Shown: positions 50,455 through 60,757, counted from the whole stretch's first letter. The stretch: DNA of 62,713 nucleotides, filler included, from 8 parts of 8 records of this genome joined end to end with filler, not necessarily neighbours in it, one strand, 5' to 3'. The notes: generated by a model not told the origin, from the sequence alone. Numbers and translations are program-made.

Positions 50455-52183
50455 GTATAAGCTAGCCAACCAGATAAAAAAAGAGAAACAACTTGCGGCA
50501 ATCCGCCAGGATGTGATGGCACTGCAATCGGAAAAGGCCCTGGATGCCATACTGGGGTCGCCCATGCCGGCCTCCCTTGTCCAGAGTTTCCCGGAGCAGG
50601 ATTTTCATTTCCTCATGCATAAGATCGGGCCTGCCGATTTCCTGCCTGTCCTTGCCATGGCCTCCTTTGACCAGTGGGAGTATCTTCTGGATGTGGAGAC
50701 CTGGGAGGGGGACAGGATCGATCTTCCCCTGGTGACAAAGAACCTGGATCTTCTTTACAAGGCCGATCCCCAGCGGCTTGTGCGTTGGATGATCAGGGAA
50801 AAAACCGAATTTTTCGAGCACTATCTCTTCAAGAACCTTGAGCTCAGGGTCCGGGAGCATGACGAGGACCCTGCCGATTTCCCCAATGATTTCCAGGCCA
50901 TTGACGACGTTTTTTATGTGCGGTTCCCGGAGATTCCCAAGGGGCTGCTCGAGACAGAGGGCGGCGCCGAGCTTCAAAAGGCAAAAGAGAACGCCGAGGA
51001 GCTGATCATGAAAATGCTCAACACCGTGGCGGACATGGATCTGTCCGTGTACCAGGGGGTGCTGCTCGAGACCCAGTCGGTGATTCCTTCGGAGGTGGAG
51101 GAGGAGCAGTTCCGGCTCAAGACGGTCCGTCTGGCCGAAAAGGGCTTCCTGCCCCCCCACGAAGCCATGGGGATCTACCAGCCCCAGGAGCCGGCAAGCA
51201 TCGTGCCCAGGCAGGGCCACGACCTGACCAAACCGCTGTTTGGCACCGAATATCCGCTGCCCCCCCTTTCCCCCTCATCCATGATGATGGACGATACATT
51301 GTTTTCAAGGTCCCTTGGAAGGGTCAATCCGGACATGCTCCTCAACCTCCAGGCCGAATTCGCCTCCCTTGTGAACCGGATTACCTCGGCGGACCGCAGG
51401 GTGGTGCGGGAAAAGCAGGATCTGGAGCAGGTGGTTCAAAAAGGATGTGCCTACCTCAGCCTGGGCATGGAGATCATCCACGGGGAAGCGTCCGTGTGTA
51501 CACCGGCCGACGGGGCTGCCATCATTGCCCGGTACCGGCTGGAAGATCTTTTCAGGACAGGCTCCTGGGCCGGCATGACCCTGAAGACCAAGGCGAGACA
51601 ATGGCATGAAAACAGCTGGCTGGTTGAAAGCAAGCTGCCCCTGAGCTTTTTTGACGAAGAATGGTTAGGGCTTGTGGGCGGGCTCCTGCTTGACAGGCCC
51701 CTCTACTTTGACAATTACCGGACCGGGGTGCTGTACCGGGCGTTTTCCTCGGTGGCAGAGATCCGGCAGAGCGACGAGAAACTGGACCGGATCATTGAGA
51801 TGGACCGGTTGATCCGCCGGTTGGATCCCGATCTCACAAGCTTTGTCCAGGGCGTCCTTACCTTCAAGAGCCTTCTGCTGACCCTGTGGGCCAGGAAGCG
51901 GCTGGGCCTTTCTTTTTCTCTTGCGCCCATTGAGTTGCCGGTGTTTGTTCCTTTTTTTACGGAGCTGTTTTCCGGGGAGGAGCGGGGCGTCATCGACGGG
52001 TTCAAGCGGGAGGATTTTCTCCTGTGGCTCAGCCAGGAAACCGGCATGGATCACAGCGATATTGCGGCCAAACTGGGGAGCGTCTTTAATGGGCTTTTTG
52101 ACTGGCTTGAAGAGGAGTATGGGGCGGTGGCACCCGAAGCCCTTGATTCGCGGTTTGTCTCAAGCTTTTTCCTTAAAGAGTGA
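50444..52183 (+). CDS. Conserved hypothetical protein (DUF6178-like)
   Basis: 579 aa; IGPADF...QWEYLLDVETW and E.EEEQFRLK..RLAEKGF; family recalled, not searched. Confidence 0.7.
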   Translation: MTNEYKLANQIKKEKQLAAIRQDVMALQSEKALDAILGSPMPASLVQSFPEQDFHFLMHKIGPADFLPVLAMASFDQWEYLLDVETWEGDRIDLPLVTKNLDLLYKADPQRLVRWMIREKTEFFEHYLFKNLELRVREHDEDPADFPNDFQAIDDVFYVRFPEIPKGLLETEGGAELQKAKENAEELIMKMLNTVADMDLSVYQGVLLETQSVIPSEVEEEQFRLKTVRLAEKGFLPPHEAMGIYQPQEPASIVPRQGHDLTKPLFGTEYPLPPLSPSSMMMDDTLFSRSLGRVNPDMLLNLQAEFASLVNRITSADRRVVREKQDLEQVVQKGCAYLSLGMEIIHGEASVCTPADGAAIIARYRLEDLFRTGSWAGMTLKTKARQWHENSWLVESKLPLSFFDEEWLGLVGGLLLDRPLYFDNYRTGVLYRAFSSVAEIRQSDEKLDRIIEMDRLIRRLDPDLTSFVQGVLTFKSLLLTLWARKRLGLSFSLAPIELPVFVPFFTELFSGEERGVIDGFKREDFLLWLSQETGMDHSDIAAKLGSVFNGLFDWLEEEYGAVAPEALDSRFVSSFFLKE

Positions 52184-53006
52184 ACTCCATGTTGCGGGCA
52201 ACGGCGAAGCAGTCGAGCTGAAGGTTTTTTGACTTGACCCTGGATCGGCAGTCGGCCTGGATGCGGTCCATCTCCTTGTCCGTTCGATCCTGGTTCAGGT
52301 GAAACAGGCCAAACCGTTTCACCCCGGCCTTGACGGCAAGTTCCAGGGCTTCGGTGTAGGTTGAGTGGCCCCATCCCCTGCGCAGGTGGTATTCCTCCGG
52401 CGTGTACTCGGCATCATGGAACATGAGGTCCGCATCCCGGGCAAAGGTGACATAAGCGTCAAAGCCCGGACTGCCCGGGTGGTCCAGCCCCAGTTCGTTG
52501 TCGGTGAGAAAGACAAAGCGTTTTTTTCCTTCGGTCAGGCGAAAGCCGAAGGCCCCGTTGGGGTGGCTCAGGGGGATGGTGTCTATCTTCAGGCTCCCGA
52601 TGGAGAAGCTTCCTGTAAAGTCGTCCCTGAACCGAACCGTTGCCTTGAGATCGTTCTGGGTGATGGGAAACAGGGGAGGGGACATGAGGGTGTTGAATAT
52701 CTCCTTCACAGGCTGGCTGGAGAAGGTCGTGTTCTGTATCTCCACGGTCTTGCCCGGGATGAACAGGGGTTTGAAAAAATTGAATCCCGCCACATGGTCC
52801 CAGTGGGCGTGGGTCAGGAGCAGGTAGCAGGTATCCACGGCGTCAAGGGTCATTCCCAGCTGCCGGATCCCGGTGCCCGCATCGATGATGACGGTCTCTC
52901 CGCTCTTTGCGACGACCTGGATGCAGGTGGTGTCCCCGCCGTATTTCAGGTATTGTTCTCCAGATACGGGAATCGATCCCCTGGAGCCCCAGCACTTGAT
53001 AAACAT
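52173..53006 (-). CDS. MBL-fold metallo-hydrolase
   Basis: WGSRGSIP, DAGTG, THAHWDH, SHP, TDNE, WGHS. Confidence 0.92.
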   Translation of the reverse strand: MFIKCWGSRGSIPVSGEQYLKYGGDTTCIQVVAKSGETVIIDAGTGIRQLGMTLDAVDTCYLLLTHAHWDHVAGFNFFKPLFIPGKTVEIQNTTFSSQPVKEIFNTLMSPPLFPITQNDLKATVRFRDDFTGSFSIGSLKIDTIPLSHPNGAFGFRLTEGKKRFVFLTDNELGLDHPGSPGFDAYVTFARDADLMFHDAEYTPEEYHLRRGWGHSTYTEALELAVKAGVKRFGLFHLNQDRTDKEMDRIQADCRSRVKSKNLQLDCFAVARNMEFTL

Positions 53007-53248
53007 CCTCGTCCTTGTTGTTTTTTTGGGTGGCGTATACCCCTATGTCGCTACCACATCAGGGAAAATCAGTCCACAAAAAAATAAGTTTTCCTCATAT
53101 CGGTCATGGGAGATTCTCGTTTCTAATCCTTGATAAGTTGATTGTTCTTTAGTAAGGAATCTTAGACGGACGGGGACCGGCACGCCCGGACCCGTCCGGC
53201 AGAGGCAAGAGACTATCTGGAAAAAACAGAGCACAAAAGGAGAATCGG

Positions 53249-53971
53249 ATGGCGGTTATTGAGTGGGAAAAGAGCGAAACGGTTGCGGTTATCAGGATGA
53301 ACAACACGGCCAACAAGCATAATCTCGTGTTTGCGGATACCATGAATACAGTCTTTGACGAGATCCTGGAGGATCCCGGGATTACCTCCATTGTCCTCAC
53401 CTCGGCGGACGAGAAAAATTTCTCCCAGGGCATTGATGTGGAGTGGCTGGGCCAGTGCTTTAACGACCAGGATTTTGAGAGTATTAAACAATTCATGTAC
53501 GGGATGAACTCTGTTTTTAAGCGTCTCCTTACCATTCCGGTTCCCGTGATTGCCGCCATCAACGGCCATGCCTTTGGTAACGGCGCCATCCTTGCCTGTG
53601 CCTGCGATTTCAGGTTCATGAAGGCTGACCGGGGCTTTTTCTGCTTTCCCGAGGTGGATCTGGGCATCCCCTTTCTGCCGGGCATGATCGCCTTTGTCAG
53701 AAAGGCCATTCCCGAATACAAGTTTAACGAGCTGAAGCTGTCCGGCCGCCGGGTCGGGGCCCAGGAGCTCATGGACAGCCATGTCATCGAACAGGCGAGC
53801 AAGGATCAGGCGGAGCTGATGGAGCAGGCCATGGCGTTCGCCAAAACCTTCCAGAAGAAGCGGGGTATCCTGGGCGAGCACAAGCGCCGCATGCACAAGG
53901 CTATCCTGGAAACCATGGAGACGGAAGATCCAAAGCTCATTGAAGCTTTGGATCTCTTTGTCCAGGATTAG
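53249..53971 (+). CDS. Enoyl-CoA hydratase/isomerase (delta3,delta2-isomerase-like)
   Basis: FSQGID, AINGHAFGNG, CDFRFM, PEVDLGIP. Confidence 0.9.
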   Translation: MAVIEWEKSETVAVIRMNNTANKHNLVFADTMNTVFDEILEDPGITSIVLTSADEKNFSQGIDVEWLGQCFNDQDFESIKQFMYGMNSVFKRLLTIPVPVIAAINGHAFGNGAILACACDFRFMKADRGFFCFPEVDLGIPFLPGMIAFVRKAIPEYKFNELKLSGRRVGAQELMDSHVIEQASKDQAELMEQAMAFAKTFQKKRGILGEHKRRMHKAILETMETEDPKLIEALDLFVQD

Positions 53972-55602
53972 GGCCGAAAACGCTGGGCCATGGGGTGCCT
54001 TCTGCCCGCGCCAAAGGCTTTGGTGGTGACCCTGAGGATGGGAGGCGCCTGGTACCGCTTGTATTCGTTCCGGTTGATCCGTGAAACGATATCGACCACG
54101 GCGTCCCTGTCCAGTCCCTGGGCCACCATCTCCTCGATGCTCTTGTGCTCTTCCACATGGGCCTTGACCACGGCATCGATGAAGTCATAGGAGGGCAGAT
54201 CGTCCTGGTCGGTCTGGCCCGGGGCAAGCTCGGCGCTGGGCGCCTTGTCGATGATGGAGACCGGAATGAGCTCCCGGTCGCTGTTGATCAACCTTGAGAG
54301 TTCATACACCTTTTTCTTGGGCAGGTCTCCGATGACGGCAAGGCCGCCGCACATGTCACCGTAGAGGGTGGAGTAGCCCACGGCCATCTCGGACTTGTTG
54401 CCCGTTGACAGCAGCATGCATCCCTCCTTGTTGGAAAAGGCCATGAGGATGGTACCCCTGATCCTTGCCTGGATGTTTTGCTCGGTGATGCCGGGATTGT
54501 CGGGATCAAAGCTCTCCGACAGGGTCAGAAACGCGTTGTACATGGGGGCAATGGGAATGGATTGCCAGGAGATCCCCAGGTTGTCGGCCAGCTCTTTCGT
54601 GTCAATGAAGTTCTGCTGGGAGGTGTAGATGGAGGGCATGAAAATGGTCTTGACGTTTTCGCTGCCAAGGGCCTTGACCGCAATGGCGGCGGTCAGGGCC
54701 GAATCGATGCCGCCGCTGGAGCCTATCAGGACTTTCTTGAACCCGCACTTGGTCACGTAGTCCCGGGTGCCGGTGACCAGGGCCTTGAGGATCGCCTCAT
54801 TCTCCGATGGCGAGACAGGATGCAGGTCGCCGCTGCCCGTGTCCGTATCAAAGCAGACCAGGTCCTCGGCAAAGTCGGCGGCCCGGGCCGCAATCTCCCC
54901 CGAGCCTGTCACGGCGCAGCTGAGACCGTCAAAAATGATGGTGTCGTTTCCGCCCACCTGGTTGGCAAAGACCATGGGCAGGTTGTACTTCGCAGCCATG
55001 GTTGTGAGCATGGTGTCCCTGAGATCCTGTTTGCCGCCGTGGAAGGGGGAGGCGGCCAGGTTGATGAGAAGGTCTGCCCCCAGGCCGGCAAGGTCGGCCA
55101 CGGGATTCCGGTCGTAATGTTTCTGGCTGAACCCCTTTTCATCGTTCCAGACGTCTTCACAGATGGTGATGCCGAGCTTGAGTCCCCGGTACGTCACAAG
55201 GGCGCTTGGGGGGCCGGGGGTGAAATACCGTGATTCATCAAAGATGTCGTAGGTGGGAAGCAGCTGTTTGTCTGTCCTGGCAATGAGTTGTTTGTCCTCG
55301 AAGAGCAGGGCTGAGTTGAAAAGGAGCCTCTCCCCGTTTTCGATCTCCCGCTGGACCGCCCCGCAGAGGATACCGATGCCGTCAGCGGCGGCGGCCAGTT
55401 CATCCAGGGTGGCGAGCTGACGGTCGATGAAATCGTCTTTTTCAAGCAGGTCCCCGGGCGGGTAGCCGGAGATGGCAAGTTCAGGAAAGACCACCAGGTC
55501 GCATCCCAGTGTCACGGCCTTGTCAACAAGGTCGAGCATCTTTTTTTTGTTGAAATCAAAATCCCCGATCACCGGGTTTGTCTGGGCTATGGCTATTTTC
55601 AT
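53968..55602 (-). CDS. nadE: Glutamine-dependent NAD+ synthetase
   Basis: Nitrilase domain (FPE, K, ICED) plus SGGIDS, NIQARIR, TGNKSE, PSAEL. Confidence 0.96.
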   Translation of the reverse strand: MKIAIAQTNPVIGDFDFNKKKMLDLVDKAVTLGCDLVVFPELAISGYPPGDLLEKDDFIDRQLATLDELAAAADGIGILCGAVQREIENGERLLFNSALLFEDKQLIARTDKQLLPTYDIFDESRYFTPGPPSALVTYRGLKLGITICEDVWNDEKGFSQKHYDRNPVADLAGLGADLLINLAASPFHGGKQDLRDTMLTTMAAKYNLPMVFANQVGGNDTIIFDGLSCAVTGSGEIAARAADFAEDLVCFDTDTGSGDLHPVSPSENEAILKALVTGTRDYVTKCGFKKVLIGSSGGIDSALTAAIAVKALGSENVKTIFMPSIYTSQQNFIDTKELADNLGISWQSIPIAPMYNAFLTLSESFDPDNPGITEQNIQARIRGTILMAFSNKEGCMLLSTGNKSEMAVGYSTLYGDMCGGLAVIGDLPKKKVYELSRLINSDRELIPVSIIDKAPSAELAPGQTDQDDLPSYDFIDAVVKAHVEEHKSIEEMVAQGLDRDAVVDIVSRINRNEYKRYQAPPILRVTTKAFGAGRRHPMAQRFRP

Positions 55603-55701
55603 GGTAATTCCTTTCTCCCTCTTGAGGTGGTTCTGTCAAAGGGTTATGTGTTTACCACACTCCAGCCCAAAGGTTAAGGATAATGCCATTTCAGGCCTTT
55701 T

Positions 55702-55790
55702 TTCCCCGGGGAAAAGGTGGGAGTCTTTCCAGGTTATTTTTTCCCCGGGGAACAGGTGTCGGTCATGCCGGTGGGAATTACCCCTGGGAA
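55702..55790. repeat. Repeated palindrome TTCCCCGGGGAA
   Basis: Perfect copies at 55702 and 55741 within longer direct repeats; degenerate TACCCCTGGGAA at 55779. Confidence 0.65.
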
Positions 55791-55945
55791 CAATCGAGCA
55801 GGTCCGATTCGAATTTCAGTGTGGCAAAGTAGTCCTCGATTCTTTCCTCCCGGCGTATCAGTTCCACACGGCCGTCCTCCCTCAGCAGCAGTTCCTTGGG
55901 ACGCAGGTTGGCGTTGTAGTTGAACCCCATGGCATGGCCGTGGGC
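55778..55945 (-). CDS. lysA: Diaminopimelate decarboxylase, C-terminal fragment
   Basis: Hand translation AHGHAMGFNYNANLRPKELL...LIRREERIEDYFATL. Confidence 0.85.
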   Translation of the reverse strand, partial: AHGHAMGFNYNANLRPKELLLREDGRVELIRREERIEDYFATLKFESDLLDCSQG

Positions 55946-55946
55946 G

Positions 55947-56046
55947 NNNNNNNNNNNNNNNNNNNNNNNNNNNNNNNNNNNNNNNNNNNNTTAATTAATT
56001 AANNNNNNNNNNNNNNNNNNNNNNNNNNNNNNNNNNNNNNNNNNNN
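55947..56046. other. Artificial contig-joining spacer
   Basis: N44-TTAATTAATTAA-N44. Confidence 0.98.
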
Positions 56047-56047
56047 T

Positions 56048-56620
56048 GATCCGTTCTTTACCACCAAAGAGATGGGACGGGGCACCGGCTTGGGATTGGC
56101 TTCGGCGTATGGAATCATCAAAAATCACGGTGGGTTCATCAATGTTTACAGTGAAAAAGGTTATGGGACTACTTTTAATGTCTATCTGCCGGCTTCCGAA
56201 AGGGACGTCATCCAAGAGAAAAAGCCGATCGGCGACACATTATCAAGGGGATCCGAGACGGTTCTTTTTGTAGATGATGAGAGTATTATCATTGAAGTTG
56301 CCGTGAATCTGTTGGAACGATTGGGTTACAAAATCCTGGCGGCGAGAAGCGGAAAAGAGGCCATTGACATCTATAAAGAGAACCATGAGCGGATTGATAT
56401 GGTGATTTTGGATATGGTCATGCCGGAGATGAGCGGGGGCGTTACTTATGACAATTTGAAAGCGATAAACCCCAAGGTTAAGGTTCTCCTCTCCAGTGGA
56501 TACAGCATCAATGGTCAGGCGACCGAGATATTGGATCGTGGTTGCAATAGCTTTGTTCAGAAGCCCTTCAAGATGAAAGAATTATCGGAAAAACTAAGGG
56601 AAATTTTGGACGGGAAATAG
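56048..56620 (+). CDS. Hybrid histidine kinase C-terminus, HATPase plus REC (5' truncated)
   Basis: [36 protein letters not shown]. Confidence 0.93.
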   Translation, partial: DPFFTTKEMGRGTGLGLASAYGIIKNHGGFINVYSEKGYGTTFNVYLPASERDVIQEKKPIGDTLSRGSETVLFVDDESIIIEVAVNLLERLGYKILAARSGKEAIDIYKENHERIDMVILDMVMPEMSGGVTYDNLKAINPKVKVLLSSGYSINGQATEILDRGCNSFVQKPFKMKELSEKLREILDGK

Positions 56621-56694
56621 GCGCAGACATACGGCTGTTTCCGTATCCATATTCCATCATGCGCTTGGTTGTCCATTTTTGACATAAGGAATCC

Positions 56695-57963
56695 ATGGAA
56701 ACATATCCCCTGGCAAGAGATGATCTGGAATTTTTTCCGGTACGCCGGGACGGTCAACCATTCGTTCTGGTGAGGGATCATCTGAGGCTTTCACCGGAAG
56801 GCACGGCCCTGGGGATTCCTCTCTACCGGTTCATGACGCTCCTGGACGGCAGGAACTCCATCAGAGATCTGCAGACGACCTTCATGCGACAGCAAGGGGG
56901 CGTCCTGGTGGGTTCGGAAGAAATCCTCGGGTTGTTGAAAAGCCTGGATGCCGCTTACCTCCTGGATTCGGAAAGGTTTCGGTCGGCAAAAGAGGAAATC
57001 GTTGCCGAATTTACATCAAAACGCGTGAGGCCCCCGTCCCACAGCGGCATGGGTTATCCGGATAATCCGGCGGTGCTGAGATCCCGCCTGAATGAGATTA
57101 TGGCGGATTCCCTGAGGGAGGCTGACGACGCTTCGGTTCCTTCCGGAAAAATCGAAGCCCTTGTGGCGCCCCACATCGATCTCAATGTGGGGCACAGGTC
57201 TTATGCGCGGGCCTATGGGATGCTGCGGCACGGGAATCCTTCCCGGGTAGTGGTTCTGGGTACGGGACACCAGCTTCGCAATGGCCTTTTTTCCCTGACG
57301 GACAAGGATTTCGAGACCCCGTTGGGCATTGTCAAGAATGATTGCGACGCAGTCCACCGTCTGAGGGAGGCTGCTCGGGATCTGACGGCGACAGACGATT
57401 TTATTCACCGGTCGGAACATTCCATTGAATTTCAGGTTCTTTTCCTGCAGCATGTCATGAATGGAAGAGATTTCACCATTGTTCCCATCCTTTGCGGTTC
57501 TTTGCAGGGACTCCCAGCCCATACCCGGCAGTCCTTTGTGGAGATCACAGACCCTTTCCTGGAAAGCCTTAAAAGCATTCTTGCCGAACCGGGTTGCGAC
57601 ACCCTCCTGGTGGCGGGTGTTGATTTTTCCCATACAGGGCCAAAATTCGGTCACGAACACACGGCCAGGGACCTGGAAAATCAATCCCGGGACCATGACC
57701 GGATCCTGCTTGAACATCTGTGCGCCCTTGACGCCAACGGTTTCTGGCGGGAATCCGAAAGGGTTCAGGATCAATTTAACGTCTGCGGTTTTTCAGCCCT
57801 GGCATGCCTTTTGGAAGTGTTGCCGGAATGCCGGGGAGAGTTGCTGCATTATGAGATATGGCACGAAGCGCCCACTGAATCCGCCGTGAGTTTTGCGTCC
57901 GTTGTTTTCACAAATACGTATCCTGCCTTCCCAATGAACGGCTCTTTTTCCGTTAGAGGGTAA
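56695..57963 (+). CDS. amrB: MEMO1-family protein (AmmeMemoRadiSam protein B) with an N-terminal extension
   Basis: APHID, GTGH, ETPLG, HRSEHSIEFQ, DFSH.G..FG, NVCG. Confidence 0.88.
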   Translation: METYPLARDDLEFFPVRRDGQPFVLVRDHLRLSPEGTALGIPLYRFMTLLDGRNSIRDLQTTFMRQQGGVLVGSEEILGLLKSLDAAYLLDSERFRSAKEEIVAEFTSKRVRPPSHSGMGYPDNPAVLRSRLNEIMADSLREADDASVPSGKIEALVAPHIDLNVGHRSYARAYGMLRHGNPSRVVVLGTGHQLRNGLFSLTDKDFETPLGIVKNDCDAVHRLREAARDLTATDDFIHRSEHSIEFQVLFLQHVMNGRDFTIVPILCGSLQGLPAHTRQSFVEITDPFLESLKSILAEPGCDTLLVAGVDFSHTGPKFGHEHTARDLENQSRDHDRILLEHLCALDANGFWRESERVQDQFNVCGFSALACLLEVLPECRGELLHYEIWHEAPTESAVSFASVVFTNTYPAFPMNGSFSVRG

Positions 57964-58176
57964 ACCTTCGATCCTGCCTTGAATCTCTCTCAACCTAAGA
58001 ATATCAACCTCTATAAGCGGTTTTTTCCCACCGATAACCAATTGATCTTCTATTGTTTACTTTGCCTATATTTAGAGATATTATTACAATTTATCGAAAT
58101 TCTTTAAAGACGCATACATGTTGTGGTTTCAAGTGCGTATGGCCATTTTTGTGATTTAGGATGATTGGAGAATTTT

Positions 58177-60159
58177 ATGGTGGGCCAAAAATTAACCTAT
58201 GAGGCATTGGCGCAACGGGTGAGGGAACTGGAGAAAAAAGCCTTTGCCTTCAAAAGCGCCGAGAAAGTTCTGCATCAGCGGGAACAGGAGTACAGGGCTC
58301 TCGTTGAAAACAATCCCGACTTAATTGCTCGTTTTGACAGAGAATTGCGTCACCTTTACATCAACCCGGCAATCGAGGCGGTTTCGAAGAAGTCCGTTAA
58401 GGATTTTATTGGAAAAACAAATCGAGAGATAGGAATTCCCGACGACTTGGCGGATTTTTGGGATTCGAACCATGTGAAAGTTTTCGAGACCGGCCGGGAA
58501 TCCGTAATCGAATGGCATTATACCACACCGGATGGACCAGGTTATTTTCAAACCCGCATCGTACCCGAGTTTTCAAAAGACGGTTCCGTGGAAACGGTCC
58601 TGGCCATCACGCGAGACATAACAAAGCGCAGACAGGCTGAAGAAGAATTACGGCAACACCTCGACCGTCTTGAGGCGGTAGTGGATGGGCGCACCGCCGA
58701 ACTGAGGAAAGCAAACCGGCAACTTGAACGGGAGGTTGAGGAGCGGAAGCGGGCGGAAGAAATGTTGAGAGAAAGTGAGGAAAACTACCGGCTGGTTGTG
58801 GAGAATGTCCCGGCGTTCATCGCCATCATGGATAATCGGCGGCGTTATCGTTTTGTGAACAACAATTACGCCTCTTTATTCGGGCTTGCGCCCCGGCAAC
58901 TCATCGGCAAACACGCCCTGGAAATCATCGGCGAGGATATATACGCTGAGGCGAGTCCACACATGGAAGAAGTGTTGTCGGGAGAGACGACATCGTGGGA
59001 GTTGTTAGCGCGGTTTGAAGACGGTCAACGGCGCTGGTTGTCCGCTATCTATGTGCCGCGCTATTCCGGCGCCGGGGAGGTGGATGGATTCTATTCCCTC
59101 ATCACGGACATTGACGGACTCAAGCGGGGCCAAGAGAAGCTTAAACAGGCGTTTACACATATAGAGCGGTTAAAGAATATGTTGCAGAGAGAGAATATCT
59201 ATTTGAGGGAAGAGATAGCTCTCAAGTTCAGGCATGATTCCATAATAGGCCAAAGTGATGCCATAAAAAGGGTGCTGGCGCAATGCGAGCAGGTCGCCGG
59301 TACCGAATCGACCGTACTCCTATCGGGGGAGACCGGCACGGGCAAGGAGTTGATGGCCCGCGCCATACACGGCCTCAGTCGTCGCAAGGAGCGGTCGTTG
59401 ATCAAGGTTAACTGTGCGGCCCTGCCTTCCACACTCATGGAAAGTGAATTATTCGGCCGGGAAAAAGGCGCCTATACCGGCGCCTTGACAAGACAAATGG
59501 GCCGGTTTGAAGTGGCCGACGGATCGACTATTTTTTTAGACGAAATCGGCGAATTGCCCCTCGAGGTTCAAGCCAAGCTTTTAAGAGTTCTTCAAGACGG
59601 TGAGTTCGAGCGGTTAGGGAGCTCCAAGACCGTCAAAGTCGACATCAGGGTGATTGCCGCCACCAACCGCAATCTCGCCGGCGAAGTGCGGGAAAACAGA
59701 TTCAGGGAGGATCTCTATTACCGCATTAATGTGTTTCCCATAACAGTGCCTCCCCTGCGCGATCGCAGAGAGGATATCCCACGGCTGGTATGGGCTTTTA
59801 TTAGAGAATTTGAAAAGACCATGGGGAAAAGGATTGAGACCATTCCCCGAAGAACCATGGAAATATTGCAGCACCACCGGTGGCCCGGAAATGTCAGGGA
59901 ACTGAGAAATATGATCGAGCGCGCCATGATCGTCAGTCAAAGTGACGCCTTGAATGTGGAAGTTTCCGCACTTACCGGGGCCCATCGGCCCGCTGACGCA
60001 ACCCTCGAAGATATGGAGAGAAGACATATTGATCAGATCCTAAAAAAGACGGGATGGCGCATTAAGGGCAAGAATGGCGCTGCTGAAATCCTGGGCCTTA
60101 AACCTACCACCCTCCATTCAAGGATGAAGAAGTTGGGAATTAAACGTCCCCCGAAATAG
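58177..60159 (+). CDS. PAS-containing sigma54-dependent activator (FhlA-like AAA+ and Fis HTH)
   Basis: GETGTGKE, ESELFG.EKGAYTGA, FLDEIGE, WPGNVREL, GAAEILGLKPTTL. Confidence 0.95.
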   Translation: MVGQKLTYEALAQRVRELEKKAFAFKSAEKVLHQREQEYRALVENNPDLIARFDRELRHLYINPAIEAVSKKSVKDFIGKTNREIGIPDDLADFWDSNHVKVFETGRESVIEWHYTTPDGPGYFQTRIVPEFSKDGSVETVLAITRDITKRRQAEEELRQHLDRLEAVVDGRTAELRKANRQLEREVEERKRAEEMLRESEENYRLVVENVPAFIAIMDNRRRYRFVNNNYASLFGLAPRQLIGKHALEIIGEDIYAEASPHMEEVLSGETTSWELLARFEDGQRRWLSAIYVPRYSGAGEVDGFYSLITDIDGLKRGQEKLKQAFTHIERLKNMLQRENIYLREEIALKFRHDSIIGQSDAIKRVLAQCEQVAGTESTVLLSGETGTGKELMARAIHGLSRRKERSLIKVNCAALPSTLMESELFGREKGAYTGALTRQMGRFEVADGSTIFLDEIGELPLEVQAKLLRVLQDGEFERLGSSKTVKVDIRVIAATNRNLAGEVRENRFREDLYYRINVFPITVPPLRDRREDIPRLVWAFIREFEKTMGKRIETIPRRTMEILQHHRWPGNVRELRNMIERAMIVSQSDALNVEVSALTGAHRPADATLEDMERRHIDQILKKTGWRIKGKNGAAEILGLKPTTLHSRMKKLGIKRPPK

Positions 60160-60305
60160 GGCGAAATGTCGTATCCATGACGGGATATCGTCCCCCAGAC
60201 TTTCTTTTTTCATTTCCCCCGCGGCACTCCTGTGTTTGAATGTTCTTCATTTTCAACCATTTAAAACATCCAGCGGATGCTTTTGATATTTGGCGCAGAT
60301 TTAGC
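60160..60305 (+). promoter_or_regulatory. Sigma54 promoter with candidate upstream activator sites and IHF site
   Basis: GGCGAAATGTCGTA (60160) and GACG-GGATAT-CGTC (60179); IHF-like TTTCAACCATTTA (60251); TGGCGCAGATTTAGC (60291-60305). Confidence 0.6.
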
Positions 60306-60405
60306 AGTATGAAAATTGCGAAAGGCTGAAAAAATGGGGATTTGGCGCCGGATCCATCAATGTCACCGAACAGGCCGACTGAAAAAAGAAAGGGGATTGA
60401 ATGCA

Positions 60406-60729
60406 ATGATAATGTCGATTTTAACAATAGAGATTTCACCTGAAGAACAACATAAGGTTTTGGAAATCCTAAGATACGTCAATGGGCCGACTCGGGTCAA
60501 ATCCGGCTTCATCAATTGCAGGGTATTCAAGGAGTTGGAGAAATCCGATGCCTTGACCGTGGTAGAAGAATGGGAATCACGTGAGGACTTATACCGACAC
60601 ATCCGTTCAGAAGACTATCGGGCGATCCTGGCGGTGATGGACATGTCGAGCAAGGCTCCGAAGCTACAGTTTAGTTCGGTTTCGCAATTGGGCGGCCTGG
60701 ATGTCGTCAGCGAGGCTCGCGCCGAATGA
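60406..60729 (+). CDS. ABM (antibiotic biosynthesis monooxygenase) domain protein
   Basis: GFINCRVF...VVEEWESREDL.RHIRS. Confidence 0.8.
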   Translation: MIMSILTIEISPEEQHKVLEILRYVNGPTRVKSGFINCRVFKELEKSDALTVVEEWESREDLYRHIRSEDYRAILAVMDMSSKAPKLQFSSVSQLGGLDVVSEARAE

Positions 60730-60757
60730 AGCACAAAGTTAAGGGTGAGAGAGAATT

